Positions 10,787 to 20,973 are shown, numbered from the stretch's first letter. The stretch: 64,000 nt of DNA from an uncultured Hyphomicrobiales bacterium (GCA_964531635.1 CAZHCZ010000001.1:1621-65620), one strand, 5' to 3'. A program made the numbers and translations. The notes: a model not told the origin generated them from the letters alone.

Positions 10787-11755
10787 CTATTTTTCAAGCC
10801 GCAAACGTGGGTCAATGGCAAAATATAACAGGTCAACAATAAGGTTGATAGAAACAAACATAACCGAAATAAGCATCAAATATGCCGCCATAATCGGAAT
10901 ATCGACAAAGCGAACGGCGTTGATAAACAACAAGCCCACTCCAGGCCATTGAAAAACAGTTTCGGTAATAATAGCAAAGGCAATAATAGAACCCAACTGC
11001 ATACCAATAACCGTAATAACAGGTACAAGGGTGTTTTTAAGCGCATGTCCAAAATTTATTGCGCGTTTTGATAAGCCTCGCGCGCGGGCGAATTTAATAT
11101 AATCGGTGCGTAAAATCTCTAACATTTCAGCGCGTACAATGCGCATAATTAACGTCATCTGATAAAGCCCTAAAGTAATGGCAGGCAATATAATAGCCAA
11201 TAAACCGCTTTTAGTCAGTAAGCCCGTACGCCACCAACCTAGGTCAACCACATCGCCACGCCCAAAGCTGGGCAACCAGCCAAGCTCGACGGCAAATATA
11301 TAAATAAGCAAAATGCCTATTAAAAATGTCGGCAAAGATACGCCAATCAAGGATACGCTCATTATCGTATTCGCCACAAAGCCATCACGCTTAATTGCGG
11401 TAAATATACCCAACCCTACGCCAGCAATTATTGCTAAAACCGCCGAAATAAACGCCAACTCTAATGTTGCAGGAAGCCGCTCAGAAATAATTTGTGAAAC
11501 AGGGCGGCCTTGGCGGTAAGAAATACCAAAATCACCTTTAACAGCCCCTTGTAAAAACTTATAATATTGCACAGGAAAAGGCTGGTCTAACCCAAGTTGA
11601 ATACGCACGCGCTCAACATCGGCATCGGTTCTTTCTTGCCCTAACATACTGTCAACAGGGTCACCAACAAAATTAAACATCGAGAAAGCCACCAGACCAA
11701 CAGCCAATAAAACAATAACCGATTGGAATATGCGCCTAATAGCAAATGCGAGCAT
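10787..11755 (-). CDS. peptide ABC transporter permease (OppB/DppB-like)
   Basis: 322 aa, six TM helices, DYIKFARARGLSKR EAA-type loop. Confidence 0.9.
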   Translation of the reverse strand: MLAFAIRRIFQSVIVLLAVGLVAFSMFNFVGDPVDSMLGQERTDADVERVRIQLGLDQPFPVQYYKFLQGAVKGDFGISYRQGRPVSQIISERLPATLELAFISAVLAIIAGVGLGIFTAIKRDGFVANTIMSVSLIGVSLPTFLIGILLIYIFAVELGWLPSFGRGDVVDLGWWRTGLLTKSGLLAIILPAITLGLYQMTLIMRIVRAEMLEILRTDYIKFARARGLSKRAINFGHALKNTLVPVITVIGMQLGSIIAFAIITETVFQWPGVGLLFINAVRFVDIPIMAAYLMLISVMFVSINLIVDLLYFAIDPRLRLEK

Positions 11756-11800
11756 GAAGATAACCTTAATAATAAAGATAAAATTTTATATAAAATACTA

Positions 11801-11832
11801 TATAAAAATTCGGCGAGATTTCACTCGCCGAA
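11801..11832 (-). terminator. intercistronic hairpin plus T-run between the binding-protein gene and the permease genes (attenuator/terminator)
   Basis: On the minus strand TTCGGCGAG-tgaaat-CTCGCCGAA (9-bp perfect stem) is followed by TTTTTATATA, 18 nt after the binding-protein stop. Confidence 0.55.
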
Positions 11833-11849
11833 CGCTTTGGTTAATAAGC

Positions 11850-13445
11850 TTATTTGCTCATTTTAAAGTATTTAAACTTAGGTGTGTCATCAGGTGCTAC
11901 ACCTGTATCAACCTTATTAGACATACCCCAATTTAACACTTGATGATGAATAGGAATATACAATTGTTCCTTCTGCACCACTGACCAAATATCAGCAATC
12001 GTTTGATTGCGTTTTTCTAGATCTGTTTCTGAAGCAAGACTTTTAATTTTTGCATCCACATCAGTATCAGAGAAACGAACACCATTCCATGACCCATATT
12101 TTTCGCCTTTTGTATGTACTAAAAAGTTGAAAATATATTCACTGTCATATGTTGGAACACCCCAACCGAGCATATAGAAGTCGGTTTTAAGTCCACCAAT
12201 TAATGGGAAATGCTGTGCTTTAGGCAAGGCTTCAAGCTGTATAGTAATTCCAATTTGAGCCAACATGCCGACCGATGCTTGGCAAATCGCTTCATCGTTA
12301 ATATACCTATCATTAGGGCAATTTAAACGAACAGTGAAACCATCACCATAACCCGCATCTTTCATTAGGCCTTTGGCTTTTTCAACATTATTTTCTGGAA
12401 CAGCGTCTAGCTCAGCAGTCCAACCATTAACAAATGGTGGTGAAATCATACCCGCTGGAGCAGATTGATCACGCATAACTACCGTTTTAATAGCTTCACG
12501 GTTAATCGCCATATTCACGGCTTGACGAACACGAAGATCTGCAAATGGGTTTTTACCTTCAACATTATCGGTGGTTAAATCATCATCACCTTGGTTCATA
12601 CCAAAGAAAATAACCCGATTTTGCGCTGCAGTAATAACTTTTAAGCCATCAGTTTCGCCAACACGGGCTAAATCTTGCACAGGAACGTCTTGAATAAAAT
12701 CAACTTCGCCCGAAAGTAAAGCCGCTACACGAGTCGCTTGGTTTTGAATAGGCGTGTAAACAATTTTAGAAATTTCCATTGGGAATTCATCTTTACCCCA
12801 ATAGTTTTCATTTCTTATCAACACAGTTTTAGCATCAGCTTCGCGTGATTCAAGGATATAAGCGCCAGTACCATTGGCGTTGCGTGCTGCAAAAGTATCT
12901 TCGCCGCCTTCAACATCTTGTACTTTAACCGCTCCATTGGCTTCTGCCCAACCCTTATCCATAATAAATAAGTTGGTTAGGTTCGCTGGCATAAGTGGGT
13001 TTGGACCATCGGTTACAATTTCAAAACCATATTTACCTTTAGCACGAACTTCTTTCACTGAAGCGAGCAATTCTTTAAAATTACTTTCTTCTGACATAGC
13101 GCGATTAAATGAAAACACAACATCTTCACTGTCAAATTCAGCACCATCATGGAACTTTACGCCTTCACGCAGTTTGAAAAACCAAACATTAGGGTCGCTT
13201 TCACTTGGTCCCCATTCGGTTGCCAGCGCTGGAACAGTTTTACCTGTCATATCACGCATAAGCAATGGTTCGCTAATTTGATGTTGTAAAGCCGTTGTTG
13301 GGCCTTCATTTTGTGCATGTGGGTCCAGAGTAAGACTGTCACCTGCCCGCGCCCAATTTAATGTTTCTGCATTGACACCAACCGCGCCAAATCCCAACAA
13401 TAATGTGCTGGTTAAAAGGGCTATTTTTACTTTATTAAACTTCAT
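11850..13445 (-). CDS. ABC transporter substrate-binding protein, family 5 (peptide/nickel)
   Basis: Start moved to ATG at 13445 (MKFNKVKIALLTSTLLLGFGAVGVNA signal peptide), preceded by GGAGGAAT. Family-5 SBP size and sequence pattern. Confidence 0.9.
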   Translation of the reverse strand: MKFNKVKIALLTSTLLLGFGAVGVNAETLNWARAGDSLTLDPHAQNEGPTTALQHQISEPLLMRDMTGKTVPALATEWGPSESDPNVWFFKLREGVKFHDGAEFDSEDVVFSFNRAMSEESNFKELLASVKEVRAKGKYGFEIVTDGPNPLMPANLTNLFIMDKGWAEANGAVKVQDVEGGEDTFAARNANGTGAYILESREADAKTVLIRNENYWGKDEFPMEISKIVYTPIQNQATRVAALLSGEVDFIQDVPVQDLARVGETDGLKVITAAQNRVIFFGMNQGDDDLTTDNVEGKNPFADLRVRQAVNMAINREAIKTVVMRDQSAPAGMISPPFVNGWTAELDAVPENNVEKAKGLMKDAGYGDGFTVRLNCPNDRYINDEAICQASVGMLAQIGITIQLEALPKAQHFPLIGGLKTDFYMLGWGVPTYDSEYIFNFLVHTKGEKYGSWNGVRFSDTDVDAKIKSLASETDLEKRNQTIADIWSVVQKEQLYIPIHHQVLNWGMSNKVDTGVAPDDTPKFKYFKMSK

Positions 13446-13634
13446 TTTATTCCTCCCAAATATTAAACGTACCATCATTTAAAGGTGGTACTTAAGCGGC
13501 GATTAAAGCACAAGTTTTCAAACGCGTCTATTTTTTAAGAATAAGTTTTTAAAAAAACCACCTAAACCACTTCAAATAATTTAAAATGCCTTATACTTTT
13601 CAACAACATAATAAGTATTATATTTATTTCATAT

Positions 13635-13690
13635 TGGGTGTAAATAGATGATATTTTGGGCGTAAATAGATGGTATTGTTTGTAAATTAA
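13635..13690. repeat. 22-bp tandem direct repeat (2 copies plus a partial third) upstream of the opp operon
   Basis: TGGGTGTAAATAGATGATATTT / TGGGCGTAAATAGATGGTATTG (19 of 22 identical), then TTTGTAAATTAA. Confidence 0.7.
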
Positions 13691-13714
13691 AGGTTATTTG
13701 GTTAATATTTTGCG

Positions 13715-15436
13715 TTAATAAACATCTCGCACATAACGTTTAGACTTTTTAAGCACGCTCATATAAGCCTTAACACCGTCAGCATCTAAACGCCCATGTT
13801 TGGCGATAATATCTTTCAATGCTTGGTCAACATCTTTTGCCATATAAGTGGCATCACCGCAGACATAAAAATATGCCCCACGCTCTAGCCATTCAAACAA
13901 TTGCGCGCCATTTTCAACCATTCGGGTTTGAACATAAATTTTATGCTCCTGATCGCGCGAAAATGCTAAGTCGAGTTTGGTTAAAAGTTTGGTTTTTTGC
14001 CAATTTTCAATGTCGGTTTGGTAAATATAATCATCAGCGGCATATCTATCGCCAAATATTAGCCAATTATCACCCTTAGAGTTTACCGCTTCACGTTCCT
14101 CTAAAAATGCTCTAAATGGTGCAATACCTGTACCAGGTCCAACCATAATAATAGGCACGTTACCATCTTGCGGCACTCTAAATGCCTTGTTAGGGCTAAA
14201 ATAAACCGCAACTTTATTATCACCAACACGGTCGGACAAATAACAAGAGGCGAGCCCTTCATGCTTGCGCCCAAAACTTTCATAACGCACAGAACTTATA
14301 GTCAAATGCACTTCATCGCCATGCTTTTTCATAGAGCTTGAAATCGAATAAGCCCTTGGCTGTAATTTACGCAAAAGTTTAATAAATTCATCGGCGGTAA
14401 ATGTCAGTTTAAAGTCAATAATAAAATCTACAACATCGCGCCCCCAAAGATAGCTATTCAACGCCTCACGGTCACCATTTTCCAACATCCGTGTTAATTC
14501 TTCATCACCCGACTTTTCGGCAACTGCACCTAAAAAGGGTGCGGTTGGCAGTTTAATATCATAGGTTGTTTTTAACGCAGATGACAGTTTAACATCGCCG
14601 ACCATTTCATCGCCACTTAACCCCAAATATGCCAATAATAATTGCACAAGTTCAACATCATTTACAGGCACAATGTTCAGCGCATCACCCGCTTCATAAA
14701 CTAAGTCACTGCCCGCAAGCCCAATTTCATAATGAATAATTTCTTTACTAGAATTTTTACCCGATAATAATTTTTTGCTTAAAATAGGCGCCAAAAATGG
14801 GTTTTTACGGCTATATTCTGGTTTTTCAATAGCCTGCTTAATAGGCTTAGAAACCGCAACCTGCTGTGGGGCAGAACCCTTGGCTTTAATCGCTTCGAGT
14901 GCAGCTACACACCATTTATCAGCCGCTTCTTCAAAATCTACATTACAGTCGACACGCTCAACAACTCGCATCGCACCAAGTTCAAAAAGCCGATTGTCCC
15001 AATCAATGCCCGCCTTGCAATAATCATCATAAGAACTGTCGCCCAATGCCAAAACCGAAAAATGCGTTTTTTCTAACCGAGGTGCATCATCTTCACAAAT
15101 CGCTTCCCATAAAATTTCGGCATTGTCGGGCATTTCACCTTCGCCATAAGTTGCGCAAATTAATAACAGCCGCTCGACTTTTGCTAAATCCTCAACTTCG
15201 CACTCATCCATGTCTTTAAGCTCAGCACTTAACCCATAATCACCTGCCATGGCAACAAGACCTTCAGCAATGCTCTCACTATTGCCTGTTTGTGTGCCAT
15301 ATAGCACCAATAATGGGCGCATATTCTGCGCATTGGGCTCACCGTTTTTTAACAATTGCGTATTTGCACCCGCAAAAAACCCGTCTAGCCATTGTTGTTG
15401 GTCGTCATTAAACGGCGTTTTATTTTTATCAGACAT
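13715..15436 (-). CDS. CysJ/CPR-type diflavin reductase (flavodoxin-like FMN domain + FAD/NADPH ferredoxin-reductase domain)
   Basis: 573 aa. FMN domain LLVLYGTQTGNSE...ATYGEGE, FAD motif RAYSISSS, NADPH motif MVGPGTGIAPFRAF, C-terminal YVCGD...RYVRDVY. Start lies 12 nt after the stop of the GltB-like gene. Confidence 0.88.
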   Translation of the reverse strand: MSDKNKTPFNDDQQQWLDGFFAGANTQLLKNGEPNAQNMRPLLVLYGTQTGNSESIAEGLVAMAGDYGLSAELKDMDECEVEDLAKVERLLLICATYGEGEMPDNAEILWEAICEDDAPRLEKTHFSVLALGDSSYDDYCKAGIDWDNRLFELGAMRVVERVDCNVDFEEAADKWCVAALEAIKAKGSAPQQVAVSKPIKQAIEKPEYSRKNPFLAPILSKKLLSGKNSSKEIIHYEIGLAGSDLVYEAGDALNIVPVNDVELVQLLLAYLGLSGDEMVGDVKLSSALKTTYDIKLPTAPFLGAVAEKSGDEELTRMLENGDREALNSYLWGRDVVDFIIDFKLTFTADEFIKLLRKLQPRAYSISSSMKKHGDEVHLTISSVRYESFGRKHEGLASCYLSDRVGDNKVAVYFSPNKAFRVPQDGNVPIIMVGPGTGIAPFRAFLEEREAVNSKGDNWLIFGDRYAADDYIYQTDIENWQKTKLLTKLDLAFSRDQEHKIYVQTRMVENGAQLFEWLERGAYFYVCGDATYMAKDVDQALKDIIAKHGRLDADGVKAYMSVLKKSKRYVRDVY

Positions 15437-15448
15437 AATAACCCTAAT

Positions 15449-18400
15449 TTATGCCGCTTGTTCGGCTTTAACGATGCTTCTAACCAATTGCTCCGCAAGC
15501 ATTTGTTTGAAATCGGGGATATGTCCCATTTTTTCAACATTTAGACGGTCTTGTGCAATTATCCAAGCCATGCTTCCTAGTGAATAGATAGATTGAACAT
15601 CTCGCAAACTCAAGCTTTTTTTATAATCCCTAATGCGCTTATCGCTCAACATAATTGCTAGCTCTTGCTCACTGAATTTTTCCAACGCTTTTTTACACTC
15701 TTTTGCCAAAGCTTCAATTAAAGCATAATCCTCGGTTTTAACTAGGTTGCGTGCCGCTTTAGTTTCAAAAACGGGGTTCACCTCAATGGCTTGTTTTTTA
15801 GCCAAAGCATGCACGGTTAGCTTGGCAATTCGCAACACGCCATACGCATTGAGCAATTCAAAACTTAAAGGCGTATCCACCTCATTATGAGCGGGGGCTT
15901 TGCCTGACAATACGGCTTGCCCGTTAGCAAAAGCTTCACGCAAGGGCTTAAGCTGATATTGTGCCATAGCAAAACTGAGTTCACTCATTAATTTTTTACG
16001 CCCCATAGGCAATAAATATTGCGCCGATTGCGTCTGCTCTAAGGCTAGTGGTTGGGTATAGACAAAATGTTTGGCTTCAGCTTGCCAATTGTCTAATAGT
16101 TTTTTTGCCAACTTACTTTGCGTGGCTTCGAAATGCTGTTCAAGCATATATTTAACAATATCAGCATGGGCTATGGCTTCGTCTGTGCCATCATCTAAAT
16201 AGCCATAACGCACCGATGACGCATCATGCAAATTTTCAAATTTTTGTTGCGGGTCATATTGATATGCGTTGCCACCACTCATGCCGTTGGCGAAACCTTT
16301 ACCAAACCCGCCTAGGTTTAACACCATGCCATTTATCATATATTCACACGCAAAATCGCCTACCCCTTCAACCACCGACATAGCGCCTGAATTGCGCACG
16401 GCAAACCTATCACCCGCTTCACCCGCGACAAATAGCATGCCGCCTGTTGCGCCAAATAGCGCAAAATTGCCAATTAAAACATTTTGCACATCGGGTTTTA
16501 CACCATCATTCTTAGGCGGGGTAACCGCAATAGTGCCACCGCTCATGCTCTTGCCAACACCATCATTACATGTGCCTTGATGTTTTAAAGCCATGCCAAC
16601 AATTAAAAACGCGCCATAGCTCTGCCCAGCAGAATTTGTGGTGTTAATTTTTATGGTATTTTCGCCCAAATAATAACGCCCATTATGCCCACGATAAAGC
16701 GATTTTATTTGGCTACGTTGACCGTCGTTCAATTCATAATTAAGCGCACGTTCAATATCAATCGCCAATTGCCCCGCAAAGGTTTTATGCCTATTATTAA
16801 GACTAAATTTTTTGCCCTCAATATTAATGTTTTTAGCATCGCCTGAGAATATTTTACCCTTAACCCGTTCAAACACCCTATCATCATGGCGAAATTCTGC
16901 TTCAAGATAAATCGGGTCTTCAATAATTACCTCGTCAACCTGTTTCAGTAACCCACGCAAATCCAATGCGCCCACCATTTTATCATGCGCCACTAAGTGC
17001 AATAAATGGCTTTTTCCGCGTATATCGCTAAGGCTTTCATAGCCAAGTTCGGCCAAAATCAACCGCACTTCATGGGCAAGGTTCATATAATATTGCGCCA
17101 AAACACGCGCGTCACCATTATAGGCTTCGGGGTTGGTGGTTAAACCGACGGGGCATTTGGTGTTACAGGTTTTAGCTTGCACACAACCCAGCATCATTAG
17201 AGCCGCTGTGCCAAATTCAAAACTATCTGCGCCTAAAATAGCCGATTTTATAACATCCATACCCACCTGATGCGCGCCAGATGTGCGCAAAATTACTTTG
17301 TCGCGCAACCCATTGGCAGACAATGCCTGATGCACCTCCGCAATGCCAATTTCGGCCGCACGTCCTGTGTGTTTTAGGCTGGTCACTTGAGCTGCCCCTG
17401 TGCCACCTGTGCCGCCCGCAATATTAATTACATCTGCACCTGCTTTAGCAACACCAACCGCAATTGTGCCAATGCCTTCAGATGACACCAATTTAACAAC
17501 CACCCGCCGCCGAGTGGCTTTGCAATCGTGAATAAGCTGTCCTAAATCTTCAATAGAATAAGTATCATGATGTGGCGGAGGCGAAACAAGCTCTACATGC
17601 GGTGTGCCTCCACGCATTGCTGCCATTTCAACCGTTACTTTTTGGGCGGGCAGTTGCCCACCTTCACCGGGTTTTGCCCCCTGGGCAATTTTAATTTCAA
17701 TTTCTTCTAGCAATGGGTCGGCTAAATAACCTGCCCAAACTCCAAATCTTCCTGATGCAAATTGGCGAATTTTACTGGCTAAAATAGAATTCGAACGTTC
17801 AAATTCTTCACCGCCTTCACCACTGTTGGACAGCCCGCCCACAATGTTTGTTCCTTGTGCCACTGCCCGATGGGCGGGCTTGACAAGCGCACCATAACTC
17901 ATAGCACCCGAGGAGAAGTAGCGCGTAATTTGATGAGCTGGCTGCACATTGTCAAGCCCTATAGCGCTAGGCGCTGTCTGTATATGGCTTAAATAATGTA
18001 AAAAATGATGGGCGGCGGCAATTGATAAATACCCGTCTTTAACTTTAATTTTGTAATCGGCACTAGAAAACCGCCCAATAAAATGCGCTGCCAATTGCTT
18101 AAGTCGCGCCCTAGAGTTCGCCTTGCTTTCGCCAATAAAACTTACCCGATAAATACCCATAGCTTGGCGTTTAACCTGTAAACCGCGAATATAAAAGCTT
18201 AAATTTCCTTTAATATGCTGGCTGCTCAAGACACTATCAAACTGTTGTTTTGTTTGGCAATCACTAACATCTATCGGCAATGCCATAACATCACGCAATG
18301 TCGCTGGGCGGGTTTGGCGTTCGTTATTCATTTCGTTGGTGAAACGATAATAACCTTTGGTTATTTTATGCGCATCAATTTGTTCAGGAGTTCGGGCTTC

Positions 18401-20941
18401 ATAACCAAAATCTTTATACGCCAAATCCGATGCCAATTCTTCCGCACCAAGTAGGCGCAAATGCTTGGGTTCATCTTGTTCAATAAAGCTAATATTTTCT
18501 TCTAACATCTGCCCATATTCGCGCACCGATGCTACGCCAAAACTATGCCCTGCCCCTTCGGAGCGTTCTTTAAACAAGCCTAAATTTGGTAAGCCACTGT
18601 TTAAATTACACGCTTCATAATGCCACTTCGCACTCGATGAAGCAATGTCGATATAATGCACGCCGCCAACAGGGCTATCAATTTGCGGGAAAGACCGTTT
18701 TAAATGTGGTTCTTTAGTGTCTAAAAAATTGCTTTCAAAAAAATCACCGCCAATATAACTTTCGACCGTGCATAAACCAAATTTACCCATAGTTTTCATT
18801 AAAGATTTTTCTATGGATTTTTTAAAATTACTCATAAGCTTATCGGTATTTTGAGCGTCTAATTCAGTGGCTCTATTTTGTGCGGTAATCGCAAAAAGTG
18901 CCGATGCACCAAAGCCCAAAACGGTTGCCGCATCATGGGTCGATGCTATTTGCCCACTATCGGCAATAAGGCTAGAGTTAAACCGCAAACCACAACGGAT
19001 AAGCCGCTGATTGGCAGCCGAAACCGCTAATAACAACGGAATAGCCGCCTTGCGTTTCGATAGCTTGCGGTCGCTTAAAATAATAAGACCAACATTATCA
19101 CGCGCTGCGGCTTCAACTTCATCACACAATTCATCAATACTCAGTTCAAGCCGAGAGGCATTGCGTTTATTTTGTTCGTAATTTGGTACATATAAAATAT
19201 CAATAATGCGACTGGTCACACTGTTTTGTTTAAGAAGTTTAGCAAAATCTTGCTGTAATAATATTGGCGATTGTAAAATAATTTGCTTTTGTTCATCAAT
19301 AAAATTTGGTTTTGCGCCCAATGCCACGCGCAATGTCATGCCATCGGCTTCGCGAATACTATCAAGCGGCGGGTTGGTCACTTGCGCAAATCTTTGACTA
19401 AAATATTGGCTCATACCACCTTCAATGCCCGATAGCGCATTGGGCGTTAACCCGTAACCCATAGCGTAAACTTTTTCCGCCCCCACCTCGAGCATAGGGT
19501 CGAGCATAAAGCGAAAGCTCTCATCATTCATATAATAGGCAATATGCTTTTGTTCAGCCTGTAAATCACCGTTTGCTGATAATTCACTTTCATCTGCTGC
19601 ATCTAACTGTTCTAAATCCACCTTTGCCTTAGCCAAAATTTCAATATAATTCTTACGCTGCGCTAACGCTAATAAATATTCTTCCCCCGTATAACTGCGC
19701 CCTTCTTCGTGCGCCCAAAACAACATATCTCCCGCTTCAATACGCCCGCGTTTTATAATAGTTTCGGAGGCGAAATTAATCTGCCCCGCTTCGGACATTA
19801 CTGCCAAATAATCCTTAGTTTCTACACTACGCAAAGGTCGCAAACCAAGCCTGTCGAGCCGCGCGCCAACATACTGTCCATTGCCAAAAATAATTGCAGC
19901 AGGTCCATCATTTTTTTCTTCAAACAAGCTAAAATATTCAAGCATCGCTCTAACATTGGGGTCTAAATTTGTTAAATTTTCCCACGCAGGTGGCATCATC
20001 GCGACAATGGCTTCAACCACGGTAAACTTATCGTCAACAATCCTTCTTGCTATAGTTTGGTCAAGCCGTGCCGAGTCACTTTGCCCCTTAGGAAAATGTA
20101 CAGTTTTACCCTGTTGTCGCGCAATAGCCGCTTCGGATAAGCGGTTTTTTTTATCGGTATTCAACTCCCCATTATGGGCAATCCGCCTAAAGGGTTGCGC
20201 CATCATAGTCGCGGGTTCAGTGTTGGTCGAAAAACGTGTGTGAAAAAATATAGAATGTATTTCATGGTCAGGGTCGCGCAAATCCTCAAAATAAGGGATA
20301 AGCTCATTAGAGTTTAACCGCCCTTTTAAAACCTGAGTCCGTGCCGACATCGAGCAAGGGTAAAACCCATCAAAGCCATCGATATTATAACATTCATCTT
20401 CAATATCTGCCAAACAACGGGCTATTTCAATATCAAATTCATGCCATGACGCATCACTTAGTTTAGCACTGCGTTCAAATATCACCTGCCTAATTGGCAG
20501 TTGCGCGCGCACCGAAGCGTCACTTAAAATGCTATTATTCACCTTAACATCACGCCACATAATAATCGGCAACCTAAACCTTCTAAGTTTTTCCTCTACC
20601 AAGTTCACCGCATCATCATCAAAGTCTGAATTTTTTGGTAAAAAGAAATTGGCAACCCCAAACTGCCCCAACTCCAGTTTATTATCACCAGTAATTTTAC
20701 GAAAAAAACTCTCCGAAAGGTCAAGATTAACCCCTGCTCCATCGCCAATGCCTTCGGCACTCATACCGCCACGATGCGGAATTGTGCATAATGCCTCGTG
20801 AGTTTTAACCAAAATATCATGGGTTTGGGTTGAACGTTTATGAGTAATAAAGCCAACACCACAGCTATCACTATGTTGCTCAGGCTTATACAATTGGCGT
20901 GCAGACAAATCGGCAATAAAATCTTTATCAAATTTTTTCAT
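15449..20941 (-). CDS. glutamate synthase large-subunit-like protein (GltB-like) with a C-terminal extension
   Basis: The track ORF starts at TTG 20956; the first ATG is at 20941. Ntn amidotransferase Cys in HSDS-CGVGFI, central domain, FMN domain (SNSGEGGE; LVSPPPHHDTYSIEDL), Fe-S motif GCVQAKTCNTKCPVG, GXGXG domain (GATGGMLFVAGEAGDRFAVRNSG). About 195 further residues follow the usual GltB end. Confidence 0.9.
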   Translation of the reverse strand: MKKFDKDFIADLSARQLYKPEQHSDSCGVGFITHKRSTQTHDILVKTHEALCTIPHRGGMSAEGIGDGAGVNLDLSESFFRKITGDNKLELGQFGVANFFLPKNSDFDDDAVNLVEEKLRRFRLPIIMWRDVKVNNSILSDASVRAQLPIRQVIFERSAKLSDASWHEFDIEIARCLADIEDECYNIDGFDGFYPCSMSARTQVLKGRLNSNELIPYFEDLRDPDHEIHSIFFHTRFSTNTEPATMMAQPFRRIAHNGELNTDKKNRLSEAAIARQQGKTVHFPKGQSDSARLDQTIARRIVDDKFTVVEAIVAMMPPAWENLTNLDPNVRAMLEYFSLFEEKNDGPAAIIFGNGQYVGARLDRLGLRPLRSVETKDYLAVMSEAGQINFASETIIKRGRIEAGDMLFWAHEEGRSYTGEEYLLALAQRKNYIEILAKAKVDLEQLDAADESELSANGDLQAEQKHIAYYMNDESFRFMLDPMLEVGAEKVYAMGYGLTPNALSGIEGGMSQYFSQRFAQVTNPPLDSIREADGMTLRVALGAKPNFIDEQKQIILQSPILLQQDFAKLLKQNSVTSRIIDILYVPNYEQNKRNASRLELSIDELCDEVEAAARDNVGLIILSDRKLSKRKAAIPLLLAVSAANQRLIRCGLRFNSSLIADSGQIASTHDAATVLGFGASALFAITAQNRATELDAQNTDKLMSNFKKSIEKSLMKTMGKFGLCTVESYIGGDFFESNFLDTKEPHLKRSFPQIDSPVGGVHYIDIASSSAKWHYEACNLNSGLPNLGLFKERSEGAGHSFGVASVREYGQMLEENISFIEQDEPKHLRLLGAEELASDLAYKDFGYEARTPEQIDAHKITKGYYRFTNEMNNERQTRPATLRDVMALPIDVSDCQTKQQFDSVLSSQHIKGNLSFYIRGLQVKRQAMGIYRVSFIGESKANSRARLKQLAAHFIGRFSSADYKIKVKDGYLSIAAAHHFLHYLSHIQTAPSAIGLDNVQPAHQITRYFSSGAMSYGALVKPAHRAVAQGTNIVGGLSNSGEGGEEFERSNSILASKIRQFASGRFGVWAGYLADPLLEEIEIKIAQGAKPGEGGQLPAQKVTVEMAAMRGGTPHVELVSPPPHHDTYSIEDLGQLIHDCKATRRRVVVKLVSSEGIGTIAVGVAKAGADVINIAGGTGGTGAAQVTSLKHTGRAAEIGIAEVHQALSANGLRDKVILRTSGAHQVGMDVIKSAILGADSFEFGTAALMMLGCVQAKTCNTKCPVGLTTNPEAYNGDARVLAQYYMNLAHEVRLILAELGYESLSDIRGKSHLLHLVAHDKMVGALDLRGLLKQVDEVIIEDPIYLEAEFRHDDRVFERVKGKIFSGDAKNINIEGKKFSLNNRHKTFAGQLAIDIERALNYELNDGQRSQIKSLYRGHNGRYYLGENTIKINTTNSAGQSYGAFLIVGMALKHQGTCNDGVGKSMSGGTIAVTPPKNDGVKPDVQNVLIGNFALFGATGGMLFVAGEAGDRFAVRNSGAMSVVEGVGDFACEYMINGMVLNLGGFGKGFANGMSGGNAYQYDPQQKFENLHDASSVRYGYLDDGTDEAIAHADIVKYMLEQHFEATQSKLAKKLLDNWQAEAKHFVYTQPLALEQTQSAQYLLPMGRKKLMSELSFAMAQYQLKPLREAFANGQAVLSGKAPAHNEVDTPLSFELLNAYGVLRIAKLTVHALAKKQAIEVNPVFETKAARNLVKTEDYALIEALAKECKKALEKFSEQELAIMLSDKRIRDYKKSLSLRDVQSIYSLGSMAWIIAQDRLNVEKMGHIPDFKQMLAEQLVRSIVKAEQAA

Positions 20942-20973
20942 ATATATATCGTTCAATGTTTTGGTGAAAACTT

